A DNA stretch of 23,831 nt. Source: Deinococcales bacterium. Its GTDB lineage: Bacteria; Deinococcota; Deinococci; Deinococcales; JAAFIG01. The stretch is taken from the NCBI GenBank assembly GCA_031414595.1, contig JANNVX010000025.1, forward strand, positions 1 to 23,831, given 5' to 3'. The translations under genes and the position numbers were made by a program. A model generated the notes under the pieces. That model was not told the origin of the DNA. It ran no database searches and saw nothing but the letters and a program-made list of their open reading frames with translations. Positions within the stretch are counted from its first letter, which is position 1. Each line of letters opens with the position of its first letter. Below, one piece after another: positions 1-8,490 of the stretch.

Positions 1-3
1 TCA

Positions 4-81
4 CAGGGCGGACACGGGGGTCCGCCCCTACCTGACGTATTTTTATGGATTTTGTAGGGACAGACCCCTGTGTCTGTCCTG
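4..81. repeat. Inverted pair of GTAG-type REP-like palindromes
   Basis: 4-31 on the minus strand reads GTAGGGGCGGACCCCCGTGTCCGCCCTG, and 54-81 on the plus strand reads GTAGGGACAGACCCCTGTGTCTGTCCTG. Each is GTAG followed by an imperfect hairpin; the spacer is 22 bp. Confidence 0.75.
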
Positions 82-191
82 CTAGGAAACAATGTTTCAT
101 CATTTCCAAATAGGGAAGTTATTTACGGACAAATCCTTAACCATCGTGCAATTCAAAATTCTTGGTAATTTGATTTTTTAGGAGAGCGGCT

Positions 192-2072
192 ATGAAAAAG
201 GTTTTATTGTTGGTTTTGTGGATGTCTTTGTTTTTATCTGCCTGTAATGGCAATACCGCGCCAACTGTTGGCACAATAACTGGCATTGTTTTAGCACTGG
301 ATACAGCCCTGCCACTCGCCAATGTTCAAGTGCTTATTGGCAGTAGCTCGAGTATAACCAATAGCGACGGTCGCTTTACATTCAGTAATGTTGCTGTAAC
401 TGACAAAGCCGTTGTCAAATTTGAAGCCACTGGTTATATGCTGGCATTTAGAAATGTGGCAGTGATTCAAAACCAGATCACCGACACCCAAGTTGTGTTA
501 AGTAAAATTGCCAGCAGCACCACCTTTGCTGCCAATGCTAATGCTGTTATCAGTGTCTCGAGTTCATTTGCCCAAGTTGCCTTGAGTGCCAACAGTTTAG
601 TCAATGCCAATGGTGTAGTGGCAAGCGGCAACATTACCGCCCAACTCACCCCGATTGACCCAGCCGCTAATCCGCAGAGTATGCCCGGCGATTACACCGC
701 CCAAAACGGACAACCGATTGAAAGTTTTGGAGCGCTGAACATCGAACTCAAAGACTCGAGTGGCAATAAACTCAATCTTGGGCTTGGTAAAACCGCCACG
801 ATTCGTATTCCAGTTGCCAGTCGTGAAACCAATCTGCCAGCCACAATACCGCTTTTTTACTTTGATGAAAAGACTGGAGGCTGGGTCGAAGAAGGCAGTG
901 CGGCGCTTTTAGGAACACCAGTTGACCGCTATTATGAAGGTACAGTCAACCATTTTTCGTTTTGGAACGCTGACCAGATTTATAATACGGTGTTTGTCAA
1001 TGGTTGCTTGGTGGACACTGCCAATTTACCAATCACCGATGGTTTTATAGTCTCGAGCCAAGGCTTTAATTACTCAGGGGCAAATACCAAAGCATCAATC
1101 TCCAATACCAATAATTTTCGTGTGGCAGTCAAGAAAAATGCAATTGCCACACTGACTGCGACCAAGGGCGCGTCTCGAGAATCAAATGCTGTACAAGTGA
1201 CTAACCTGAGTGTCGATACGACCTTGGCAACTTGTTTAGTCTTGAGCGATGTGATCGTCAACAAAAAGCCAGTTATCTTATCGCAGCCAAGCAGTAAAAC
1301 AGTGCTTGTCGGCAGCTCAGCTAATTTTTCGGTCACGGTCTCGAGTGGTAGTCCTGTCTCGTATCAATGGTATCGCAATGCTGTTTTAATCCCCAATGCA
1401 ACTGCCAGCACATATGCGCTTAACCCTACTGTTTTATCCGATAATGGCGCGGTTTTTACAGTTGTTGTGACCAACCTTGGTGGTAGTGTGACCAGTTTTG
1501 CTGCAACCTTGACTGTTTTAGCCACACCAGGAGCGATTCCGATTATCACAGCCCAGCCAATCAGTCTAAGCCGACCAGTCGGTCAAAGTGCCACCTTTGG
1601 AGTTAGCATCAACAGCCCTACAGCGCTGAGCTTTCAGTGGTACAGAAACGGAGTCTTGATTGTCGGTGCAACCAGTAGTGTTTACACCATTCCAGCCGTG
1701 AATAATGCTGATAACGGCGCACAATTTACGGTTGTGATTACCAACTTGGCTGGCAGTGTTACCAGTGCTGCTGCGACCTTGACTGTCACAGCTGCTCCTG
1801 ACCCTTCGATTACCCAACAACCAAGTTCGCAAACTGTATTTCTTGGAATGCCAGTCACATTTAGTGTCACAGCCAGTGGCACAAATCCACTCTCGTACCA
1901 ATGGTTTCGCAACTCGGTGCTAATTCCCAGCGCAACCAACTCGAGTTATACAATCGCTGTTGTGGCACTTCAAGATAATTTTGCGGTTTTTCGTGTCGCG
2001 GTCAGTAATTCTGTTGGCGATGTGATAAGCGCAAATGCAACCCTATCGGTGACTACTCCGATGATACCGTAA
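192..2072 (+). CDS. Lipoprotein with a carboxypeptidase-regulatory-like beta-sandwich N-terminus and three C-terminal Ig-like domains
   Basis: AGGAG RBS; signal peptide with lipobox LSA-C; 'T..DGRFTF' motif; 'V.HFSFWNAD' motif; three ~89-aa repeats of P.I..QP.S..V..G....F.V.......YQW.RN...I..AT...Y. Confidence 0.85.
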   Translation: MKKVLLLVLWMSLFLSACNGNTAPTVGTITGIVLALDTALPLANVQVLIGSSSSITNSDGRFTFSNVAVTDKAVVKFEATGYMLAFRNVAVIQNQITDTQVVLSKIASSTTFAANANAVISVSSSFAQVALSANSLVNANGVVASGNITAQLTPIDPAANPQSMPGDYTAQNGQPIESFGALNIELKDSSGNKLNLGLGKTATIRIPVASRETNLPATIPLFYFDEKTGGWVEEGSAALLGTPVDRYYEGTVNHFSFWNADQIYNTVFVNGCLVDTANLPITDGFIVSSQGFNYSGANTKASISNTNNFRVAVKKNAIATLTATKGASRESNAVQVTNLSVDTTLATCLVLSDVIVNKKPVILSQPSSKTVLVGSSANFSVTVSSGSPVSYQWYRNAVLIPNATASTYALNPTVLSDNGAVFTVVVTNLGGSVTSFAATLTVLATPGAIPIITAQPISLSRPVGQSATFGVSINSPTALSFQWYRNGVLIVGATSSVYTIPAVNNADNGAQFTVVITNLAGSVTSAAATLTVTAAPDPSITQQPSSQTVFLGMPVTFSVTASGTNPLSYQWFRNSVLIPSATNSSYTIAVVALQDNFAVFRVAVSNSVGDVISANATLSVTTPMIP

Positions 2073-2421
2073 TAGTTTACTCGAGTCCGAATTGAACCCT
2101 AAAAATAATAAGGTTTGATTTTCATTCAACGGTGCGTAGCACTTTGAAAAAACTATCCTCGGCTTCTATCACCCCGCCAATTCACCTCGAGCCGATGCGA
2201 GTTGGGAGTGGTCTGGACAGCTGTTGGGAATATCTTGACCGTTGGCTATTCGGATAAAGATGCAACCGACAAAGACGAATGGGTGGTTAGAGTCTATTAA
2301 CCTCGAATAAAACGAGTTTGCTTGGTTTTAAGAGGCAGGATACCCATTTGAAGGTGTCATCAAAAAGCCTCAAGAACTTATTACGATACCAAAAGCAAAG
2401 AAGTTGCAAAGTCAGGGCTAT

Positions 2422-2452
2422 AAAAAAACCCGGAGGCTTTTACGCCTCCGGA
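2422..2452 (-). terminator. Rho-independent terminator of the tRNA operon
   Basis: The minus strand reads CCGGAGGC-GTAAAA-GCCTCCGG followed by G and T7, 3 nt after the tRNA-Tyr CCA. Confidence 0.9.
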
Positions 2453-2453
2453 C

Positions 2454-2541
<88 letters not shown>

Positions 2542-2580
2542 GCTCACCACAGACTCAAGGAGGTTAAGACCCTCGAGTTT

Positions 2581-2657
2581 TGGAGCCGCCCATCGGAATT
2601 GAACCGACAACCTTCCGATTACAAATCGGGTGCTCTACCGGATTGAGCTAGAGCGGC
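2581..2657 (-). tRNA. tRNA-Thr (TGT)
   Basis: GCCGCTC/GGGCGGC acceptor stem; GCTC/GAGC D-stem; anticodon loop TTTGTAA; GGTTCAATTCC T-loop; encoded CCA. Confidence 0.96.
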
Positions 2658-2687
2658 ATTTCCAAACGGACTTGCGTCCGAGTGCAG

Positions 2688-2716
2688 AGGGTATCAAACC
2701 GTATCGCCCGTGTCAA
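2688..2716 (-). promoter_or_regulatory. Sigma70-type promoter for tRNA-Thr/tRNA-Tyr
   Basis: TTGACA (2716-2711), 17-nt spacer ending in TGA, then TACCCT (2693-2688), about 30 nt upstream of tRNA-Thr. Confidence 0.75.
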
Positions 2717-2736
2717 GATGCTAAGCTATTAAGCGC

Positions 2737-3717
2737 ATGATTGAAGTTCTGAATCTCGAGAAACACTACACCGTTGCCGAAAAAGAACCCGGCTTAGCAG
2801 GCAGTCTAAAAAGTTTTTTCAAACGCCAGACCAAATTGGTTAAAGCTGTGAATGACGTAAGTTTTAGAATAGAAAGCGGCGAGATGGTCGGGTTTTTGGG
2901 AGCAAACGGGGCGGGGAAAACCACAACCCTGAAAATTCTATCGGGTTTACTGCACCCGACAGGCGGTTCGGCTCGAGTGGCTGGGTTTGTGCCATTCGAG
3001 CGCCAAACCAATTTTCTTAAAACCATTACTTTAATCATGGGTCAAAAGCAGCAACTGATGTGGGATTTACCTGCGCTGGACAGTTTTTTGGTCAATCAAG
3101 CAATTTATGAAATCTCGGATTCGGACTATAAAACCACAATGCAGGAATTTACCGATTTACTTGGTTTAGAAGATGTCCTCAAAAAACAAGTCCGCAAGTT
3201 ATCGCTTGGGGAACGTATGAAATGCGAATTGGCAGCAGCCCTACTCCATAAACCCAAGGTCTTATTCTTAGACGAACCAACGATTGGCTTAGATGTCAAT
3301 ATGCAAGTTAAAATTAGGGAGTTTATCGCTGAGTACAACCAACGCTTTAACGCCACCGTGATTCTCACCAGTCATTACATGGCAGATGTGACCGCTCTTT
3401 GCAAACGCATTATTATTGTCGACAAAGGCAGAATTGTCTTTGATGGCGACTTAAGTGCCTTACTCGAGACCACCAGCCCAGCCAAAATAATAAAACTCCA
3501 ACTGCTCGAAACCGCCAAAAAAAATCTGCTCGAGCAGTACGGAACAATCCTTAAACTCGAAGGGTTGAATGCCGAGTTAAGCGTTCCCAGAAACGAAGTC
3601 TCGAGCCGCGCCGCCCAGTTACTGGCACAGTTACCAATTGCCGACATCACCATCGAAGACCCACCTATCGAAGAAATCATTGGGCAACTCTTTACCCAAG
3701 CCGAGGCAAGCCGATGA
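2737..3717 (+). CDS. ABC-2 type (DrrA-like) transporter ATP-binding protein
   Basis: Walker A GANGAGKTT, signature LSLGERMK, Walker B LFLDEPTIGLD, H-loop TSHYM. Confidence 0.95.
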   Translation: MIEVLNLEKHYTVAEKEPGLAGSLKSFFKRQTKLVKAVNDVSFRIESGEMVGFLGANGAGKTTTLKILSGLLHPTGGSARVAGFVPFERQTNFLKTITLIMGQKQQLMWDLPALDSFLVNQAIYEISDSDYKTTMQEFTDLLGLEDVLKKQVRKLSLGERMKCELAAALLHKPKVLFLDEPTIGLDVNMQVKIREFIAEYNQRFNATVILTSHYMADVTALCKRIIIVDKGRIVFDGDLSALLETTSPAKIIKLQLLETAKKNLLEQYGTILKLEGLNAELSVPRNEVSSRAAQLLAQLPIADITIEDPPIEEIIGQLFTQAEASR

Positions 3718-4517
3718 ATCAAATTTGGCGCAAATTCAAAGCCCTTTTTGCCGCATGGTTATCGCACATGACCATCTATCGTGCTGAAATCCTGATTTGG
3801 ATGCTGTCCGGCACAATTCCTTTAATCATGATGGCAGTCTGGATTGGCAAAGCCGAAGCTGAAGGCGGCACACTGAACGGATTCTCGAGCAGTGATTTTG
3901 CCTCGTACTTTTTAGCGGCTTGGCTTTCTGGGCAATTGGTGGTGGCTTGGGTGGCTTGGGAAATGGACTTTGCGATTCGCCAAGGCACATTTAGCAACAA
4001 ACTGCTGCGCCCACTTAACCCGTTCTGGGAATACTTTATGCAGCACATCACCGAACGTTTTGTACGCGGACCTTTTTTAGTTGCGGTTGCCGCGATTGGT
4101 GTACTGCTGATTCCCGGCACAAAACTGGTCTCGAGTATCCCGCATTTACTGGTGTTTTTACTGGCGATTAGTCTTGCTTTTGCAGTGCGGTTTTTAATTG
4201 CGTATTGTGTCGGGTTGTGCTGCTTCTGGCTCGAGAATGCCACTGCGCTGGACGAACTGTACTTTATTTTAAGCATCATGCTCTCTGGCAGTTTCGCACC
4301 ACTAGAATTCTATCCAGCTTGGCTCAGACCGATTCTCGAGTACCTACCATTTCCTTACATTGTCTACTACCCAGCCCAAATTTTAATTGGCAAACTTGAA
4401 TGGGCTGAAACGGGGCGGGTGTTGCTGGTGCAACTGCTTTGGCTTGGCATTACCTTTGGGCTGTTTCAAATCATGTGGCGAGTTGGACGCAAACGCTACG
4501 GCGCAGTAGGGGCGTAA
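3714..4517 (+). CDS. ABC-2 family permease (DUF990-like)
   Basis: ATGA overlap with the ATPase; about 6 TM segments; motifs 'IRQG.FS..LLRP', 'SG..APL..YP' and 'LPF...YYP'; C-terminal 'RYGAVGA'. Confidence 0.9.
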   Translation: MNQIWRKFKALFAAWLSHMTIYRAEILIWMLSGTIPLIMMAVWIGKAEAEGGTLNGFSSSDFASYFLAAWLSGQLVVAWVAWEMDFAIRQGTFSNKLLRPLNPFWEYFMQHITERFVRGPFLVAVAAIGVLLIPGTKLVSSIPHLLVFLLAISLAFAVRFLIAYCVGLCCFWLENATALDELYFILSIMLSGSFAPLEFYPAWLRPILEYLPFPYIVYYPAQILIGKLEWAETGRVLLVQLLWLGITFGLFQIMWRVGRKRYGAVGA

Positions 4518-4524
4518 AACCAAA

Positions 4525-4896
4525 TTACTTTTCAGCCTCGAGCAACGCTTTTTGGTGTTCCACACCACCTGGCATGTGTGGACTAGGCTTACCATCTTTG
4601 AGAACTCGCCACCACGGAAATGAAGGTGGCTGAGTGAAGGCAAGCCATTTCCAGTATTTGATTGTTTTAGCTGGACAAGCGGTTTCTGCCTTGCCCAGCA
4701 AAGCCAGTTCACGCCGTAATTCTAGAATTGTTCGGGTTTCTCCAAATGGAATAGCAATAATTACCTTTGCTACGTCGTTTGGGGCTGGTATGAACAGTGT
4801 TTTGGCATTCATGCGTTTGGCTTTTTTTGGCTCGAGAATATGAAAAGACGATTCTGGTGCAAGCCGTAATTTCTCGAGTAATTCGGTTTGGTTCAT
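4525..4896 (-). CDS. MGMT-fold alkyltransferase-like (ATL) DNA-binding protein
   Basis: 'IPFGET' helix start, PWWRV in place of catalytic PCHRV, and 'PGG...Q..LLEAE'. Start moved to ATG 4896 because of the AGGAAG RBS. Confidence 0.7.
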   Translation of the reverse strand: MNQTELLEKLRLAPESSFHILEPKKAKRMNAKTLFIPAPNDVAKVIIAIPFGETRTILELRRELALLGKAETACPAKTIKYWKWLAFTQPPSFPWWRVLKDGKPSPHMPGGVEHQKALLEAEK

Positions 4897-4952
4897 GATT
4901 CTTCCTGTTTGCCAGCAGACCCGAGATTTTTTGACCTCGAGTCGCAATATTC

Positions 4953-5426
4953 TTAGGCTTGTATCACCGCGTTGGCATGGGCGCGACCATGTTCGAGTTC
5001 ACTGGGGGTGGCTTCCCTAATTCCCACAACTTTGACCCAAAACTCGAGGGTGTCGCCTGCCAGTGGGTGGTTAAAATCCACCAGCGCTTCTTCGCCTTCA
5101 ATTTCAAGCACCACAAAACTGACCGCTTCGCCGTCTTCGTTTTCGCCAGTGTAATGCCCACCAACTTCGAGTTCATCTTCAAAACTATCTACTGGAATGG
5201 TTTGAATCATCTCTTCATCAAAAATGCCATACCCTTCGTGGGCTTCGATAAACACCGTCTTTTCCTCACCAAGTTTCATACCCGCCAAAGCATTCTCGAG
5301 TCCAACAATGATATTGCCGTAGCCATGCAAATACATTAAAGGTTCGCCTTCGGATTCATCCACAATGTTTTCTTCGACATGTAAACGGTACTCTAAACTG
5401 ACCACATCATCTTTTTTAATTGACAT
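4953..5426 (-). CDS. slyD: FKBP-type peptidyl-prolyl cis-trans isomerase SlyD
   Basis: Motifs 'VVSLEYRL', 'YLHG..NII.GLE.AL.G', 'VDFNHPLAG..L.F.V.V..IREAT..EL.HG'; AGGAG RBS; only a short His tail. Confidence 0.9.
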   Translation of the reverse strand: MSIKKDDVVSLEYRLHVEENIVDESEGEPLMYLHGYGNIIVGLENALAGMKLGEEKTVFIEAHEGYGIFDEEMIQTIPVDSFEDELEVGGHYTGENEDGEAVSFVVLEIEGEEALVDFNHPLAGDTLEFWVKVVGIREATPSELEHGRAHANAVIQA

Positions 5427-5435
5427 ATTAACTCC

Positions 5436-5885
5436 TTAACGGCTTTTAGCACGAATCAACTCGAGAATGGTCCAGAGTGGTCGTTCTGCTTCGAGTCCAA
5501 TATCTACATCGTATATCGAAAAGGCGCGGTTGCGAATGGCGCTTAAGTCCCCAAATTCTTCTAAGGTGGTTGTATCGTTTAGGAATACATTGTCGTAATC
5601 AAGATGCAGTACCTTCTGAAAAAAATCTCTGGACAGGGCAGCTTGGGCATCTATACGATTTGTACTCGAGAACATCTCCTCGGCGGGTTCACCGGGTACA
5701 GGCAGTGGTTTACCTATAGCGGTGTGGTAAATCAGGCGTTCATCGTAAAGTCGTTGCAGTTCTGCCTTGGCTTGGCTTTGAGTTTCGCCTGTGGCAATTA
5801 GGGCATAAAACTCGAGCAGTTGCGCTTCCCAGACATTCCAATCTTCGCGTTTACTTATTTTTAAGGTGTATTCCTCGAGTTGCAT
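5436..5885 (-). CDS. Hypothetical protein with an N-terminal HicB-like (partial RNase H) domain
   Basis: 'W.A...E.....ATGET..QA...L.............G.PLP.P' resembles the HicB antitoxin fold. TATAAT lies 6 nt upstream of the ATG. Confidence 0.55.
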   Translation of the reverse strand: MQLEEYTLKISKREDWNVWEAQLLEFYALIATGETQSQAKAELQRLYDERLIYHTAIGKPLPVPGEPAEEMFSSTNRIDAQAALSRDFFQKVLHLDYDNVFLNDTTTLEEFGDLSAIRNRAFSIYDVDIGLEAERPLWTILELIRAKSR

Positions 5886-5981
5886 TCATAAATTATACGC
5901 AGCTTAGTGCGGTAAGATAAACCATGCTCGAGAAGTTGGTGTTAAAAAACGTTAGACCCGCCCCGAGATGAGCCTTGAGTT
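5800..5981 (+). repeat. 182-bp direct repeat, copy 1
   Basis: Matches 7832-8013 (offset 2032) with one mismatch (G5847/A7879). Confidence 0.95.
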
Positions 5982-7185
5982 TGCGCCTCGAGTGAATATT
6001 ATTACGGGCGATAATGGTTTGGGGAAAAGTTTTATTTTAGATGTGGCATGGTGGGCATTGACGGGTCTTTGGCTTGGACGTACAAACTCACAAATGCAAC
6101 ATGGAAGAATGGCGAGACCTCAGTCAAAAGAAAAAGTAGCAACCCTTAGCTTTGTAAAATCGAATGGGGCTTCAACTTATCAATTTTCCTCAAAATATCA
6201 GCGCTGGGACACATCTGACTCTGTTTCAACGAACACTGACAATGTAATCACTATGCAAGTATGTCCAGATGGGGAGTTTGGAGTTTTTGACCCATATCGA
6301 TCAAGTAAATATGGCTTTTCGAGTTTAGAAATATGGGATGGAATGGTTCATTTGATACCACTTATTGGACGAGATGATCCAGAAAAAAGAGTGGTTTGTA
6401 ACGGCTTAATCCACGACTGGTCTCTCTGGCTACTCGAAAAGGGTGATTCCCTCAGACAACTTGAGAAAGCGCTCGAAATTTTATCGCCCAACGCCGACGA
6501 AAAACTGACTGCCACAAAATCAACTCGAGTCAGTGTAGATGATGTGCGTGATATTCCAACCCTGAAAATGCCATATGGTCAAGAAGTGCCTGTTACCCAT
6601 GCTTCTTCGGGTATCAAACGCATTATTTCGATTGCTTATTTGCTGGTTTGGACTTGGCAGGAGCATTTGCGAGTCGCAGAACTTCGTCAACTCGAGCCGA
6701 GTAAAAAAATGGTGCTTTTAATTGATGAACTCGAGAATCATTTGCACCCACAATGGCAACGTGTGATTCTACAATCTTTACTTAATGTGGTTAAAGAAAT
6801 TATGCAGGACGATGTAGAAATTCAAATTATTGCCACAACCCATTCACCGCTTGTCATGGCGAGTCTCGAGCCAATTTTTGATGTTGACCAAGATGCTTGG
6901 TTTGACCTGAACTTAGTAAACGGTACTGTCCAACTCGAGAAGATGCCTTGGGCGCGGCGCGGTGGGGCTGAGAATTGGCTTATGAGTGAAGCCTTTGACT
7001 TGCACAGCACAGGCTCAAAGCCTCGAGAAGCCATGATTGAGGAAGCCTCGCGGATTTTCGATGCGGTTAAACCCTCGAAAAAGAAGTTTCTCGAGGTAGA
7101 TAAGAAATTGCGGGCTATTTTATCTGACACTGATGAATTCTGGGATAATTGGCGTTTTCTTGGACGCAAAAAAGGGTGGCTGTGA
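5924..7185 (+). CDS. ABC-type AAA_21/AAA_15 ATPase, Septu PtuA-like; apparent frameshift near 5957-5963 (intact ORF 5968-7185)
   Basis: Walker A GDNGLGKS, 'ASSG', Walker B LLIDELENHLHPQWQR, 'TTHSP'. The ATG at 5924 gives a typical N-terminal strand MLEKLVLKNV.PAP but lies in another frame. Confidence 0.8.
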
Positions 7186-7781
7186 TTCCAGTTGTTTTGC
7201 AGTCTGAACCCTCGGATTTCGATGTCAAAGTACGACAAAAAGGTAAAACGTGGTTATTGGCAAAAGGAATAGATACGACAAAACCTTTACCAAAAAAAAC
7301 CAAGCTGCCTTCTTACTGGACATCATGTATTCCAGATTTACGGCTTGCCTACCGCAACATTTGTGCGTATGTCTGTATTCACATCGAAGAAATTATAGGG
7401 AATGCCACAGTCGAACATTTTAAGCCAAAGTCGTTGTACCCAAAACAGATTTATGAATGGGATAATTATTTGTTGGTCTGTGGCACAATGAACGGTCGCA
7501 AAAGCAATTTTGAAGATGTTCTAAGTCCGTTTTTATTAGCCCCAAACACATTTTATTTGAATTTAGCGAATGGTCGAATACGTCCAAATCCTAGTCTTAC
7601 AACACTCGAGCAACAAGCGGCACAACAAACCATTGACCGATTAAAACTGGATAAAGCCGATGCGCGAAAATTGCGTTTACGGTATTGGAAAAAGTTTACA
7701 ACTGGAAAAATTGCTGAGTCTGAATTACAAGAACTCTCGCCGTTTGCGTGGCTTGAGGCAAAACGCCAAGGCTGGTTGTAA
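7182..7781 (+). CDS. HNH endonuclease, Septu PtuB-like
   Basis: GTGA overlap with the ATPase stop; CAYVC...TVEHFKPKS....YEWDNY.L.C..MN.RK HNH motif. Confidence 0.85.
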   Translation: MIPVVLQSEPSDFDVKVRQKGKTWLLAKGIDTTKPLPKKTKLPSYWTSCIPDLRLAYRNICAYVCIHIEEIIGNATVEHFKPKSLYPKQIYEWDNYLLVCGTMNGRKSNFEDVLSPFLLAPNTFYLNLANGRIRPNPSLTTLEQQAAQQTIDRLKLDKADARKLRLRYWKKFTTGKIAESELQELSPFAWLEAKRQGWL

Positions 7782-7794
7782 AACTTCAAACGCA

Positions 7795-7917
7795 CAACTC
7801 GAGAATAGTCCAGAGTGGTCAAGGTTTCATCAGGGCATAAAACTCGAGCAGTTGCGCTTCCCAGACATTCCAATCTTCACGTTTACTTATTTTTAAGGTG
7901 TATTCCTCGAGTTGCAT
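7795..7917 (-). pseudogene. Internally deleted second copy of the 5436-5885 gene
   Basis: 7832-7917 matches its 5' part (5800-5885) and 7795-7820 matches 5457-5482 (25/26). The two pieces are joined by 11 unrelated nt. It reads MQLEEY...FYALMKP then stop. Confidence 0.8.
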
Positions 7918-8013
7918 TCATAAATTATACGCAGCTTAGTGCGGTAAGATAAACCATGCTCGAGAAGTTGGTGTTAAAAAACGTTAGACCCGCCCCGAGA
8001 TGAGCCTTGAGTT
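7832..8013 (+). repeat. 182-bp direct repeat, copy 2
   Basis: Near-identical to 5800-5981; contains the divergent promoter region and the first ~58 nt of the ATPase gene. Confidence 0.95.
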
Positions 8014-8039
8014 ATGGACTGACAAGTTTATCGCGCTGT

Positions 8040-8453
8040 CTAATTCAGTGTCCGCCCGAAATACGGGCAATTAGCCCCTTTTTGAATCATGGCTGGGCAA
8101 CGTACCCCACCCGAACGCATCGCCTCGAGTTGGGCTTCGGAAAGCATTTCTTGGCAGACTGGGCAGCCAACTTTAACCGTCATTTTTGGAGTCACATCGA
8201 CAGTCTTCGGGTTTTTGGCAGAATTGGTTTGTCCCGTTCTCGAGAAGTCGGTTTGTCCTGTTCTCGAGAAATCTGTGCCGCCACGCACTGTGAAGCCACC
8301 GTTTTTAGTCGCATCTCGCACCTGACGCACAAACTTAAAGGTATTTTTAGCGCCTTGATAGAGTCGCTTCCAACGTCCCCAATAAGGACGCAACCACCAC
8401 GCAAAAGCTGCCGCTACGATAAAAAATAAAACAAGGTTGACCAAGATACGCAT
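8040..8453 (-). CDS. Small membrane-anchored protein with a C-terminal four-Cys putative zinc-binding motif
   Basis: N-terminal hydrophobic helix; CPVC...RCP......NCPY; TAGACT 6 nt upstream of the ATG. Confidence 0.7.
   Translation of the reverse strand: MRILVNLVLFFIVAAAFAWWLRPYWGRWKRLYQGAKNTFKFVRQVRDATKNGGFTVRGGTDFSRTGQTDFSRTGQTNSAKNPKTVDVTPKMTVKVGCPVCQEMLSEAQLEAMRSGGVRCPAMIQKGANCPYFGRTLN
8226..8273 (+). repeat. 24-bp tandem repeat (2 copies), in frame, encoding DFSRTGQT twice
   Basis: GGTTTGTCCCGTTCTCGAGAAGTC / GGTTTGTCCTGTTCTCGAGAAATC. Confidence 0.85.
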
Positions 8454-8490
8454 GACGCTAGTCTAAAACACTTTGAGGTAGGAATAAAGA

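Noticed and set aside
1263-2060. Repeated DNA segments as a CRISPR-like or nucleotide repeat array
   Set aside because: They are diverged in-frame Ig-domain repeats. I saw no repeat-spacer array anywhere in the window.
5942-5956. A-AAA-AAC slippery heptamer as a programmed -1 frameshift rescuing the ATPase
   Set aside because: A -1 shift there reads AAA AAA CGT TAG and stops immediately. The required shift has to occur further downstream.
5924-7781. Retron (Ec78-type) system
   Set aside because: There is no adjacent reverse transcriptase or msr/msd region, only the ATPase+HNH pair.
8007-8429. 140-aa plus-strand ORF following repeat copy 2
   Set aside because: It is antisense to the 8040-8453 gene, which has a TM helix, a Cys motif and a correctly placed -10 box.
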